Part shown: positions 1-14,100 of the stretch, piece after piece | Numbering within the stretch: the first letter of the stretch is position 1 | Layout: each line of letters starts with the position of its first letter | Source: Phoronis australis | Lineage: Eukaryota > Animalia > Phoronida | Length of the DNA stretch: 64,000 bases | NCBI GenBank assembly: GCA_002633005.1 | Contig: NMRA01000837.1 | Span: 62,089 to 126,088 of the forward strand | Direction: 5' to 3' | Position numbers and translations under genes: made by a program | Notes under the pieces: model-generated | What the model was told of the DNA's origin: nothing | The model's input: the letters and a program-made list of their open reading frames with translations, nothing else | Databases searched by the model: none

Positions 1-1221
1 CCCAGAGTTTCAACAGAACCCCAGAGAAACAAGCAACACCAAATTTGGAGCTGGTCCATTTTGACTTAGCAAGTCCTATTTATCCCCTAGCAAGGAAAGG
101 TTTTAGGTACATTTGGTTGTGTTGATGACTTTTCTGGATTGATCATGACATATTTTTTGAAACAGAAAAGTGACTCAGTAAGGGCAACGGAAAAATTTCT
201 TGCGGTAATTAGCCCTTACGGCACAGTAAAGCGAATCAGGGGTGCGAGTTTACATCCAAAGCATTTTGAGTCACTTCTCATTAAGAATAAAATTAAGCAT
301 GAATGCTCAGTCCCCTATTCACCACCTTTGGCTTCATTCATAATTAGTTGAACAGGGTTTCAGTCGGTCACTGGTAGATCAACATGTTTACACTGAAAAT
401 TACGACAGTGAAGTGGTCATTATTCTTACATAGGTAGATAAAGTCATCATAGCTGATAGTTCTACCCCCAGACTTGAAAATGTGAAACTGCGCTTAAAAG
501 AGATTTTCAGAATGAAACATATCAGCCAGATTTCCTGGTTTCTCGGTATAGAATTTGAACACCATGAGACAGTCTCAATATTTGAGGAGAGTATAGGAAA
601 AGTTTAGAACGCAAGATTGCAAACGAAAATCTACTCCATGTGACAAGAATAAAAACAAGCTCTGTAGCTAGCAGGCTGAGCCAGCTAATGAGGGAGGTAG
701 TAGGAAGCCTTATTTACGCTACGACAACAACAAGACCCGAGTTGTGCTATGTTGTCTCCGAACTGTCTCAGTACAAGTCATCACCTACCTCTAACCACAT
801 GACCATGGCAGAACATGCACTTAGGTATGTGAAAAGCACGGTTGATAAGAAACTAGACTTTAGAAAGTCAGCTAATACTCTTAAACTGATTGGATTCAGT
901 GATGCAGGTTTTGCTAACTGTGAGAATAGAAAAAAAACATGACAGGTTTTGGTTTTGTGTTGTCTGAGCAGGGTCCACTGATTTCGTGGAAAACAAGAAA
1001 ACAGCCAACGGTCGCCCTCTCGACTTGTGAAGCAGAGTACATGTTTATATCTACTGCAACACCAGAAGGCATCTTCTTGAAAGCTTTGCTACAGGGATGT
1101 GAGTGGTTGTAGAGTGCAAAATTTCAGTATGCACTGTGGTGACAGTCAAAGTGCTGTTGCACTGACCAAAAACGCCGTTGTGCATCAGAGGTCCAAACAT
1201 ATTGATATTACATACCACTTA
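1..1221 (+). mobile_element. Degenerate, internally deleted Ty1/copia retrotransposon pol remnant (integrase, RT C-terminus, RNase H)
   Basis: Frameshifted fragments read LELVHFDL..VDDFSGLIMTYFLKQKSD..KHECSVPYSP (integrase), VGSLIYATTTTRPEL..ALRYVK..LIGFSDAGFA (RT end) and KQPTVALSTCEAEY..SKHIDITYH (RNase H). The IN-RT-RH order is the Copia order. Multiple stops and frameshifts are present. Confidence 0.9.
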
Positions 1222-1720
1222 CTGGTGCCCTGGACTAGAGACTCCATCTCTCAAGTTTGAACAGTTCTTTGAAATGCTAGAGGACTACTTTGTGTTTATG
1301 GATACTAACCAAAAGGAAGGCAACCACCTCTCACATCAACAAAAAATATGCTTCTATGGTTGTTTCTGGGACCTACGGCTATTGCTCAATCGGATACCCA
1401 CCCGAATGGCAAAACGTACCAATCAGCTGATACTTATACAGCGTATGTGATGGTGACAAAGGAGATTTTCGGCCGACAAGTAAATCGGGTAAGGGCTCAT
1501 TTCGATTTTGACAACAGATCTGTTACCCAATGAGTCTGTCTCTGAAATCTTACAAGCACAGCGCTCATTACAGAGTGATTGTGACTTTAAGGGAAACTCG
1601 GATTACTTTCTGGCTATCCGGTTTGTTCTGGGCTTGTACAACAAAGAGGCTCAAATCCGCATACTTCCAGAGAAGGAAATTGATTTTGCTCGTTTTATTG
1701 ACATTGCCAAGAACAAATAA
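1222..1720 (+). mobile_element. Ty3/gypsy gag-like remnant joined to the Copia fragment
   Basis: FEQFFEMLEDYF..., then ESVSEILQAQRSLQSDCDF..IRFVLGLYNKEAQIRIL.EKEIDF..FIDIA, which resembles the metazoan Gypsy gag pattern (ES..EF...LR.L...C.F..RD.FV.GL....Q..LL.E..L). Frameshifted. Confidence 0.6.
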
Positions 1721-2346
1721 ACTACCCAGAAAACCTCCAAGGTTTTCACTGGAAACAGATGATGGGAGTGTGGCACACTTCCTGCCAAAGATTTTGGACT
1801 TCCCTTAAGATGTCCCCTCATTCAAGTTCATCAACACCATGTAGGCCCTGAACATCGCCTCATTAGGACACATGACAACCTCTCTGTTCCTTTACAAGTC
1901 ATGATAGATCTCCTTCAACGTCTGCAGGCACGTGGTGAGCTTCTCACTGTTTATTTTAATGTCAAACGTGTGCGCATCTTCTTCCCACAGACGCTCTGCT
2001 GCCAGAACATGAAATCGGGCACATTTCTCTACAAGCCCCGCCGATGGAAGGTTAAAATACAGAAAAACATTCTGCGACACAATGTGCATCGAACTAACTT
2101 AAGATGATGTTAACTAATTTATAGCAAGGGAATATTGACTTCAAGATGATATACTTTTTGAAGAAGTGAGATCACAGGCCGCTTATACAGTGAGCTATCT
2201 ACCAGCAATTGAAAACAATTTGAAAGAGGCTTTCTGAAAAGTTACCGAAACAGTAAGTAGCCTCAACTGTTTTGGATATTCATTAATAGTTAAATTATAA
2301 CCAATTAAAAATATCAACTATAATTAACATGCTTGTTGTTTTTAAG

Positions 2347-4228
2347 TTTCCAATGAACCTCTTATTCTGCCCAGCCAAGAAGTGGAGACCTACTCTAGGT
2401 TTTACTCAAACGTGACCATCACGCAGCTTTTGAAAAGTGAAGGCATCAGTGGTCAGTAAATCTTACAAGGAATTCGCTATAACACAAAGCCAACATCAAT
2501 AAATGTAAGAAAGCTTGAATTGCTATTTATACACAAAAAAATGTTGATAACATAAGGACTGGAAAAAGTTGTGCATTGATTGAAAACTGCCACATGTCAA
2601 ACACGCGAACATTTGATTCAAACCAATTTCTGCAACAAAATGATTTCAACTAGTTCCTCAATCAGATGAGCGGTGATTTCTGGTCTTACAAAGATCTGGT
2701 GTTATGTTAGCACTTAAGACTATGCTCAGCTCATTAAATGACATGCAACGAGCAGCTAACTTGCGTTTAACACTTTGAAGTGTTATACAATAACTGTTGT
2801 AAGAGGCCATAATGTATGGCATGTATAATGTAAAGTAAATCAGTTGAGTCCTTTTTCATTCTTTATTTCAAGTTGTTGATAAAAGTTTGCTGTTTTTTCA
2901 GACAAAAAGTGGAGTGATGACTCAGTCCGAGTACTCAAGGGCCCTAAACTTCCCAGAGCAGAAGACTTTAACATCCAAATTGGTAAAAGCAATAAACAGT
3001 GGCATAAGAAAAACTGTTTTATAAGTTGTCAGAAAGAGAGGTTCTCCCGAGCATACCTATTTCATGAAAGGCGACTTAACACTTGAGACAAACATTCAGT
3101 CCCACACTCCACACAACTATTTCTGAAAAGTAGTAAAGTCTCTGAGAATATGTTCACGCTTTGTGATATATCATGCAAATTAAAAACTCATTGCTATATA
3201 TATATATATGATATTATCTGATTAAGTGTAGTTTGTATACATTGTGTTACTGTCATAAAATGGCTTAACAGTGATTCACATCAAAAATGTTTCTTGGCTA
3301 GCTCAGCACAAGCAAACAATATTTTGCTGCAGGCAGCTTACATGCAGATTAAGGAATTATTATACATTTTACCCATGCTTGTCTTCAAAATGTTTCTACA
3401 CAAGTTGATGGCAAAAAAAAACAACTAAACTTGACATTTGAGTGGCGTCTAGATTTGTTGACATTTGTCGGTATTTGTACAAGATGAAGTGAATCACTTT
3501 TTATTGCATAATATATGTACCTATTATGATTTACATCTTGTGTTCTTTTCAACTTACTACAATGGCCAAATTTTGAAAATTGTATTTCAGAAATAGCTGA
3601 TCGGATTCAACCGAAACTTTCAGGTATTGTTATTCATGCACAATTCTCAAAAACACTTAGAAATCAGCTTGCTATTTTTCAGGCAAAAAGGTGTCAAAGA
3701 GGTTCACCATCCTTGTCCCATTTGTATTTACAACCAAATGGGCAGTATACCTTTTCCAGAGTTTTCTCCAAAAACATTTACTTTAAAATATGATAACATC
3801 TTGATCCATCTGGGCAATTTACAACTTTATATCAAAAGCCTCTTAGCAAATCTATTTTTTTAGTCAATTGTATAACTTTAAAAGAAATAACTTTGCTTCT
3901 GTTTTGTTTGCAGTTCATTTTGTTACAGGCCCACCTCACTTGAAGCACTTTTGCAGGCAGGTTGGGGAAGAATTTTGTTCTGCAGCATTGTGTCCACCTG
4001 TTGAGAACCTTTCTGGTGCCAAAGCTGTGAGTGAGTAATCTTAATTGTTTAAATGATATTTATTAATAATCAAATTGTAACCAGTTAACAAAATTAACTT
4101 AATGTATTGTACTTTTTGTTTTTAAGTTCCCAATGAACCTCTGATTTTGCCCAGTCAAGATCCTGAGTACTCATGGAATTGTTTGGCCATGACCATCTCA
4201 TTGCTTTTTAAAGGAGAAGGCAATAGTG
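2347..4228 (+). CDS. Partial unknown multi-exon gene or pseudogene: four symmetric phase-1 exons
   Basis: AG/GT-bounded exons 2347-2451 (105 nt), 2902-2982 (81), 3914-4030 (117) and 4127-4228 (102) are all multiples of 3 and stop-free in the same phase-1 frame. Exons 1 and 4 are paralogous (SNEPLILPSQEVETYS..TITQLLKSEGIS vs PNEPLILPSQDPEYS..TISLLFKGEGNS). The upstream exon ending at 2252 has stops and a frameshift. Confidence 0.45.
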
Positions 4229-4547
4229 GTCAGTATATTTTTACTCGAGCTATATCAATTCTGATATTTCATAATAAGAGGATCACATTGATTGTTTTTT
4301 AGCTGCCAATGGTGGTCTTTTAAACCAAACCACTAACTTGGTGGTTTAAAAACACAACAATGCAATGAACTCTTCAGTGCTTTTTAAAATAGAAGAATTC
4401 AGCATTGAATCGACCTGTTTTATACGGTTTCCCTTTTGACTGGCGCTTTATTCCTCATAGTTCTCATACTGTATTCAGTGTGGGTCTGTATGTAATTGAG
4501 TGTGAGACATGCGTGCTCTTACTTGTACTACTAAATTTGTTCCCTGG

Positions 4548-4832
4548 TTAAATAAACATTTGCTTGCTGTCATGGGTATCATCTCTTAATGAAACTTGGG
4601 TAGGTTCATAGGAACTTGGAACTATACAGAGGCAAATGTAATGAACTAAGTTGCCACTAGAGGTCCCATCGGTAGTCGGATCCGTCCGAACGTTGTAATC
4701 CATTGACACTTTCATAGGAGCATACTTGCCAAATTTCACAATGATCCTGCAAGGGGCTTAAGAGATGTAGCAGCGGACGTGGGACAGACGCAGGATGACA
4801 AGAATATGCACCCAGTTGAGGGTGCATAAAAA
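4548..4832 (+). mobile_element. Possible non-autonomous Helentron/HINE-like repeat ending in a hairpin
   Basis: Perfect 9-bp stem TATGCACCC-agttga-GGGTGCATA (4805-4828) followed by an A-run. The internal ccaaatttcac motif resembles such invertebrate repeats. Family assignment is inference. Confidence 0.35.
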
Positions 4833-4911
4833 TGTTTTACCGTTTTCACATCAGGGACAGAATAAATAACTGGGATTTGTTATGTTATGAGGGAAGTTCT
4901 GAAGGCAAGAG

Positions 4912-5069
4912 AAGTCAAAATGTGATACGAGGTGCTCACGGGCACTTTGGGGGCACCTCTACAAAGTCAAAATGATATGCAAACTGGTCACAATACTTCG
5001 TGGGAACTCCCCTACAAAGTCAACCATTATACGAGGTGGGCACAACACTTTGGATGCACCTCTACAAAG
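4912..5069. repeat. About 53-bp imperfect tandem repeat x3, in the probable DCAF6 3' UTR
   Basis: Recurring unit aagtcaa...atacgaggtg..cac..cactttgg..gcacctctaca. Confidence 0.7.
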
Positions 5070-5187
5070 CACACATTCCTGCACAATTTGACATAAAATC
5101 TCATGGAAATGACACACCTATTAGTGATTGTCACTGCGTTTGAGCAGACCCCATGTTAATAACAACTCTGAACTTTACACCAACCGA

Positions 5188-8100
5188 TCATTCAGGATCA
5201 CTGTCACTGCTTTCTTCCTCCCTTGCTTGACTAGCCTGGCGACCCACTGTAATGCAACAAATGGCAATAGTAGTGTTGACAGCGTGCAAGTGTGCAAAAG
5301 AGTAAGTTTCACAACAGACATTTAAACCACAGTTCCACATTTGAACAGGGCTACCAAGGCTAGAGAGCAGAGGATTACAGCTGTTTGGTGGATAACAATC
5401 TCATGGTAAATTGTTGAATAGTGGGGCCCATGTCATGTAATAATCAGCATTACTCAAAGAATTACATGTGAATTTTTCAATTTTTCTCCACATTTAGGTA
5501 ATTTAAGGACGGAGAATCTCCCATTTTCACATTTTTCAAGTTGGAGTCTCTTGTAATACCTCTCTCCATTCAAGCCAACAGGACCTCAGATGTTGCTAGT
5601 CATAACCTGAGCAGTCAAGACACTGCACAAATAATAAACGCCTGACTGTAGTCGGGAAGACAATGGCTATACATCAAAGCATGTTAGAAATGCCAATTTA
5701 TCATAATGAAGAAAACATACGACAGAAACATCGGTGACGGTATAATGATATCAACATAGACCAATCCACCAAGCGTATCAGGTTATGTAGAGCTTGGAAA
5801 AGCAATGCTATCCCTAGTCTATATCTAACATGACATTGCATCTGAGATTGATGCATATTTATGTTCATTAGGTCATGTGATGAGGCCAACAGGTGGCGTG
5901 CAGACCAGACTTAAAATGTTTGTGATCTATAATTAATTAATAGGTTTTCAAAAACAAGAACCCAATAACGAAACTTCTATATTTGAGCCACAAAGAACCG
6001 TCACCTCAACAAAGTACATGCAGCAGGTGAAAGGCAAATGAAGCATTTTATATGGTTTGAAATAAATTTAATAAATAATGAGCATTTGGTGTAATACTGT
6101 GACATGTCATTTGTGAAATAGATCGATTCCAAATCGGGTCCACCTATTCAAAATGCCCTTTACAACGTGTTCACTAACTTTTCCATTTCACTATGGTAAG
6201 GCAACAGGTTGTGGAATACAATGACTTGGGGGTTTACTTAACAAAACTTTTACCTGAGCGAAGATGGTTGAGAGAGGCAAGCATACGGAGCATGAAGGAT
6301 GCTGGGACAGTAATGGTGTCTCTCGTCTCCTCCAGCATCGTTTGGTTACGTACCATCACCTAGCACAGAAAAAAATAATTGATAGCCATCACAAATTTGC
6401 AAAAGGAAAACTTTTCACAGTATGTATAGAGAAAACAGATGCATCTACTGAGTGCAAAAATTATTTTACGTATATTTTCAAGTTCTCATGGCCCAATACT
6501 CAAATATTTTCATTGTCGCATTATTGTGCAACACAGGTCTCTGAATCTTTCCTTGCTGTTCAAAACACAGAAAATAATTTCAGAGCATACCTTTTGTGCT
6601 TTGTCAGCATCAAACGTTGATTCTTCAGCATTAGGCATCCACAGTTTGACATTGTAGTCTATGCCACTAGAGGCCAGCACTAGAAACAGGATCAAACATG
6701 TCTTACAGTTACACCTTAATATGAGGAACACGTCAAATTGACATGAAATTGAATAACGACGTGGCGCAATGGAAAAAAATGCTTATTTACTGTAAGCTGT
6801 GAAATGATATGAAATGGGTAATATCAAAGTAGAATGAATTTTCATTATCTGACCCCATTAGTCAAGATTGAAGAAGGACCTGAAAGCTGTGTCAACCAAG
6901 ACAACTAGGCTCTGAAAAGGTTACTTTTCAACACTCAGGTAATATGGCGTTGATGGTTTTAGTCTATAAAATGGACTTAGTTCTATAGTGCTGAGATGGT
7001 GAACACAGTAGTAAAAGTAGGTAATGCAAGTGTTCATAACACAAACTTTGCCACAGTCCCCTCATAAGAGGCCAATCTAAGAACTGACGTTGATACTTCG
7101 TTGGTTAGGATCTGTGTAGGAATGTCTGTGCATGTCTTTGGTGAATTAACTTGCCACTGCGCAGAAGACCACTGCCATAGCCAACAAACACAAGGTTGAT
7201 AAAAATCTGCCTGAATCCTAAGCGATGTCAAAAAACTCAACCAACTGTCCAGATAACAATGGTATGAAACTCAATCGCAATACAGGAAACATAAGTGAAT
7301 TCACAATCATTTTTTGAAATCCAAATCACCAACACTGATTTTTGAACATCTTGCAAGATGTTTAATTTTCGTGTTGCATACATTGGACTTTGAATTATAA
7401 ACAAATTTCAGATTTTTTTGCACATCACATATGATGAACTTTGAATTAAATCGCATTTTAAATTCTAGTTTCAAATATTGAACATTTCAAATATTGAACG
7501 TTGAACGAAAAGTGATTTTTACTGATGGGAATTGAAAAGAGACAACTCCTAAAATAAGAAAAGTCGTTCATTAGATTCGTAGCTGTGAATCTTCAATGTT
7601 TGAAAATTTCTCTACGATTTGTAGCTCACTGTGTATCATTTAATGCCAGACTTGTCACATAGAAAAGACTGAGCGACTGGCAGAATTACCCACAAAATCA
7701 AATTAAGTTCCAATGCATCCGCTTTCCATGATTTTCTTAACTCAATAATACTAAATCTAGAATTAGATGCCTCATCATTATAAAATCGGTCTAACTCGAA
7801 CCTTCATAACTCAGATACGGACAAAATACGAAGCCTTAGAAGAGCAGGCAAATTGCTATAATTGAAGAATAAAATGAAGAAGTTGAAAATGATGTGCTCG
7901 TCAGTTTACACGCTAAAAACGAAACGAATGGTAAAATGCTAGTTTCGAGATGGAACACCAGATGGGGCAACTAGTTGGTATATTCATGGAACTTTAAATA
8001 GAGAACACATAGAAAAGCAGTCTGTGATACCTGGGTCAAATGGATGTGGCTGTACACAATTGACCACATGTTTATCAGCTTCCAATACATTAACTAGTTG

Positions 8101-11100
8101 CCCAGTGTGTCGGTCCCATATAAAGATATGGCCGCAGTCCGAACCACTCATCACGTAGTCGTCACCCCAGAAGTTGGCCTCTTTTATCTGAAAGAGTTTT
8201 GATTGAGTAAACAGGTTGCGTGTTTATAAGTATGCTTGAAATGTCCCTCCGGGAATACAAGATGTGGCTAAAGCTTTGCAAGTGCACATGACAAGTACCA
8301 TCTTGACTGTGTACCAGCTAAAATAACGCAGACAGGATAAAGAAAATTAATTGCAAAAAATAACATTTCTCGGCAACAGTTCTATACACTATCTGCTTCC
8401 TTGATCGCAGTTTTGGCCTAAAGTAATCATATATATCGACACAGTCTCTCCTAACATGTCTCGCTTTCACCATCGTCAAACCATCACTGTGCTACATTTC
8501 CCATGCTGCTTTTCAGAATGTTTTTTGCTGCCACTTCTGGTGAACTCTGTGTCTCTGATTGTCAAGCCTTGCAAGAGATAACAAGAATCACCACTACCAA
8601 AGAAGACAAAAGACAACAATGTGCTTTGTGCACTGTTTACTACTGTTAGGAATTATGGCATTCTTAAAGTGTTCCACTTTGGCACAAGGGGTTGGCTATT
8701 TGTAATTTACAGTTACAGGATTATTACACAAAAAACTCTCACGACGCATAGAACGAAAACAATATGATAACTTTAGAAAACTGTATTTAACAACCGTTTT
8801 TTTGACATTTCATCTCGAACATTAATGTCAAATAGAAATTTTGTCATGTTATTCATACATTTTTTTTGCTGTGAATGTACCTCAGTTTCTCTCTGATAAA
8901 TTTTAACGAAAGGATATGGTCACGCGAACCCATTAAAATCGAATCTGCGTAAAGTAAAAAAATAATTTCTACAGGCTTTCTACCAAAAGAAATATTTTTA
9001 CATTTTGGATTCAGTGGTTTTGTAGATTTTGATAAATGCACGGATTAGTCGCTAAAGGCCCACATTTAACCTTAACCATCACAAGACCAATTTTGAACAT
9101 TTCTCACCATTGTACGACTGTTCCTGTGGCCCTTGAAGCACATTCTGACGGGAGGCTGGCGCACATCTTTGGCGGCCGCGGCCTCCTCGGAGTCGCGCAG
9201 TTCTTGTCGCTTACGATAGAGCTCCTGCAGCCGAATGGCAGCACGTTCCCTGAATCACAGCACAACATAGAAATGATACACTCCAGGATTGTGGGTAGCT
9301 AAACAAAAACTGGCCAAGTTTGTAGTACTACACAGATAATTTACTCGTTAAATTCAGACAAAAAACAATTCCCACATGCCAGATTCAACTCATTACTTTT
9401 GAGGAGGTAGAAAAATGCATTATATGATTCACCTAGTTTTCAAAACGCAGCTTTGTTAACACACTTTCGCGATGAGTTGGATGAGTAAAGAACAACTTAT
9501 TACGCGACTCGGCTTTGAATTTTTTTTTTTTGTGTGTGAAACTCTCAAACAACTATTCAAATTAATCTTAACGTAAAATGGCAGTTAGCATGGTAGCAGC
9601 CTACAACTGCGGCACTGTAGATGCACAGGATTGTGGGAAAATACAGAAAATCAGAGATAGCACGGTGATATTCCGGGAAGTGGATACTGCTTGACAAGTA
9701 TTTTACAAAAGCTTGATACATTGTTAAAACGTGCTCGTAACTAGACCACTTGAAAGTTGCAAGTAGATTATCCCGTTCAATCTACCATCATATTTAAACA
9801 CACTTGAAAGTTGTACAAAAAAAACTGTGGAAATACAATGTTCCTTAGTATACACTTTAATTTCTAAATCGTGAATAATCACAGAATTTCATAAGTTAGT
9901 GGAGTAACCCTACTCATGGCAAAACATTTGTTGCGACGCACAGTCCGCAAGACTTTCTCGCCTTTTTCTTAAAAATTAACATTCAGGAAATAAGACAGAA
10001 CAGTTACCTTGACAAACCTGGAACGGGACGTGTGGATGATGAAGGCATACCTGTTTCTGAAAAAATCACCAAAATATAACTTGTAGAATAAAACAGTGTA
10101 ACATTCTCACAATGAAAACATTAGTGCAAGGAGTTGAAACAAAACAAACATATGAAGAACTTCTGTCTTTCTGTAGTTGAGGTTTTCTGAGGTTTTCTTG
10201 TAAGCAGCATGTGGCAGATGACGAAGCTATTGGGCTTTTCACCAAGAGGGGGAGCTGACATGTTTAAGTCTACAGCAAGAGCAGCGGAGGAAGCAACCGT
10301 GTTGCTATGGTTACAACGAGAGAACAAGTGGCAACCCCAGCATCGGCTGGAGGTTCGATCAGCCTGACCTACCATCGGAGAGGTCGAAACCCACAATGAA
10401 GTTGGTCTCCTAGCTGGGTAGCAGACACCATGATCATGTTTACTAGTATGTGTGTGACAAGGTTTTCGGAATCCAACCTCTGTATTCATCGTACTTTACA
10501 ACAAATACTAATAACTTGCACAGCAACAATGGAATCACAATACAACTGGCATTGCCCACTCAGTTACAACACACCATTGCACAAGTCCCACACAAACTGT
10601 ATCATCTACAAGCTGATTTGGATACAGTAAAAGTTTTAGAATCTTAGGAGGATGTGTGTTGTCATGCCCGTCAACTGTACAGTCAACGGCAGTGGTTATA
10701 AATCCATATTCCGTCCGAGAAGCAAGTTATTTAGACCAATTTCTGTGCAGATTTGAAGTGATTTCTGGATTTGCAAGGAAGTGGCAGTTCGTTATTCCTC
10801 GAGACCGTGCTCAGCGCGTAAGTCAGACATGCTGCGACAAGTTATAGAGTCGGGTCTCAGACAATGATGAACTGTCAGTTCCCTTAAAGCCTTGAAATCA
10901 CCTCCAATTTGATTAAGGAACAATTCGAGACAATTTCATAACCGTAAGCGGTCTCAGTCAAAAGTTGGTTTGTGCCAGAAGGCGGCTTATGACACAATAC
11001 CGCACAAACCTGTTGAACCAAGGTTAAGTGCACGTGACCCAGGCACGTCGGCAGACACTCTCATGGATTCGTCACTCGCCACAGAGCTCACAATGGCTTG

Positions 11101-14100
11101 TGTTAATACAGAGCCAGCCGTCCTCACAGATGCGACTGGAATTCGAAACATTACAATGCTTACAAAAACGCACTGAATTTTCACACACAAATTACAGCTA
11201 GACACTGTCACACCAATAGAAGAAACGAAAAATAATAGTTTATAAAAGAAAATTGTCCATATAATATTTACAGTAGTAAATTTATTAGCATTTTACCAAC
11301 TACCACATCTTTCGGAATGTTTGGGTTTATCAAAGTTGTACCATCTCTATGCATTTTTTATCTTTTTTATTCTTTTACTTCACTTGGTAACAACACATAG
11401 CTGAAGAGCGTCCTGTTCATGCAAGACTCTCGCCAATGAAGCTAATGTGAGGATATGCTTCGCTTCTAATGCATTCAATTTGGTGATATCTAACCAAGAC
11501 TTCGGTTATCTTGATTTTCTTGCAAGAAATTTGCTCTTGAAAATGCAGCAGCCTGTGTACACCATTGTTATTAATGACCTCTTCATTTTTACAATCTGTC
11601 ATTACGACAGACTCTTGACCTTGATAAAAACTTCTCAATTCCCATTCACATTTTATTTAAGACCTGAAAGTGAAACAAAGGAACAGTTACAAGCCATCAT
11701 GATCAACCAACCACACTCCACTCACCTGAATCGTTTAGTTCTTGCGACTGACTAGTTGCTGATTCTGGTTCCTGGACATTGCTTCCAGTTGGACTCTCCA
11801 CAGTCCGGGAGGTAAAATTCAACTTCAGAGTGCCCGCAGTCGTACCCTCTGAGCTGTAGTGGAGACTGATGCCGGAGACATATTGTTGAGATCCCTCGGC
11901 GTGCGCAACAGAAGCGCTGGCTTCCAGTTGCCTAGATGAATCTGACTGCTGTTCCTGTAACACAGAACTAGTCCCTACAGTAGGAACAGCTTTAACTTCT
12001 GTTTCTGAGTCTCTAGTATCACTATCTACCTGAGGTATGCTTCCATCATCCCTTGCACTATCGTTTACATTGTTATAACACGCATTCAATTGCTGTGAGG
12101 AGCTCAGAGGTGTATCTGGCATATCACAACTTCCTATCACAGTGTTTTCGCTCGTCACTATCCCAGGAGATGATTCACATGGTTCACCATACGTCTCGTT
12201 GAGAATTTGGTGATCGATTGCCTCGAGTGAATGGCTTATTGCACGTATTCCGACACTGGATCCAGACCCGCAGTCATCTAATGTTTGTGAATCAACAGGA
12301 GATGCTGATTGTGGATCACTTGCACTATTATTTGCACTGAAACTATCGACTAAGCCTGAACACCTGTCGACAACTGACACTGTTGTATCACTTTTACTAT
12401 TGTTTAATTCATCGGCAGAATGGCTCGACACCTCCATCTGGTCATTTTCTACTTGCTGTTCCAACTTTTTATCTACACCCTCCTCACCAACATCCTGCAG
12501 TTGAGAATTCTCCCTACCCCCCTCTGCCTGCAGCGAATCTATAGTTCTGCCTTCTCGCTGCTGTAAATTCTGGTTATCTACCACTTGTTGTTGGGAATTC
12601 TCAACATTTCCCTGTTGCTGAAGCTCATTTTCTCCTTCTTGCTCATGCAAACTTCCGCTTTCACTCTCAGCTTGATTTTGACTCTCACCCTCTTCACCAG
12701 AACTGGGCGCATCTGGGTTTAGCCAACGCGTCAACATGTCCGACATTCGTTGCATCATGCTGGCTCCAGGACTGCGAGGAGCTAAATCCTCATTGGACCG
12801 TTCCCTCTCGGGGCGGGCATGGGGACCAGTGTCTGACCAATCACCTCGCAGGCGAAGCCTCTTGACAGGCGGCTGCCGTAGAGTTGCCTGTGAAAACAGA
12901 AAACTGCAGTTGCAAATGAACAAAAGAAGTAATTTTCACTTGTAATACAATTTTCAACCACATTTTGTTAGCTTAAATTACACGCAGCGGATAAGACTTT
13001 TGCATCCATGCAAATTTGTTTGTTTTGCATCATTTAGCAATATGGAGTTATTATACATTGAATTGTTCCATTGTTAATACAAAAGTTCTCTAGTTCCATG
13101 CACAAAAAAGACACCAAAAGTGTAAAAAGTGGAAGACAGCAACATTTTACTTAGATTCTATCTTCACACAATTATACCATATAAACAGTAACAAAATATG
13201 AATCACAAGTGACACTTGTGTGATCTGTGGATCAAGCATGACAATGGTGTGGATCATGCATTGTACTGGTGCAGACCACATTGACAAACCTCATGTGATG
13301 AACTGTTTGGCACTCCAGAATTTCTACTTGTGCTTGGCTCTGCTGAAACCTCACAACAGTTCGTTTCCACAGAGGGCTTGGGTTCATGACCATCTCCCTT
13401 GATAAAGCAACAGCAGTAGTTATATAGGAGAGTTTACTTAAAGAACCACATCACACTGTGATTTAACCCTTATCCTGCTGAGCCTCTATTCAGACTAGTC
13501 TTTCCCCATGTGCTGAGCTAAGTAGGTCACCACTACTGCTGTACACTAAGCTGTTTGGAAGGTCACCCACACTAATGACCTATTTTCAACTTGGAAATTT
13601 GAAGGGGAAATGCCAATTTCACAGAAAAGCGGTCATCATGAAAGTTGTTGAGAATTTAATGGAAATTTTTACCACATGTACATCTTCTTCATAACTTTAG
13701 TGAAAATAAACTGATCCACAGACATCCTCTCACCATGGCTTCAGCCATAATGAAACTATGTGCCTGCACACTCACTTACATAAACCTGCCAACATCTCCC
13801 AAACTAGTAATCACAGCCATATGGTTTGAATCAGAGAAAGAGAAAGGAAACTGTGGGCTGCCTGAATGCACATGCTCACATAGCCAAACCACATACAGGG
13901 CTCTCACAATTTGTGAATGAAAACCACAATTGTCCTGGGGTGAGTGCACACACCCACCACTCCCAGCTGCAGCTTAGTGGATTGAATACACCCATGGTGC
14001 TGCACAGGATAATTAGCAAGTTGACTGACCTCACCTAGTGCTGGATAAGGGTTAAAACTTGGTAATTTGTAAGGATTTTTGAACAATACAAGAAAGCGTT

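Noticed and set aside
2124-2252. Two in-frame TGA codons (possible selenoprotein readthrough)
   Set aside because: The exon also ends out of phase with the next exon and no SECIS was recognised. Decay is the simpler explanation.
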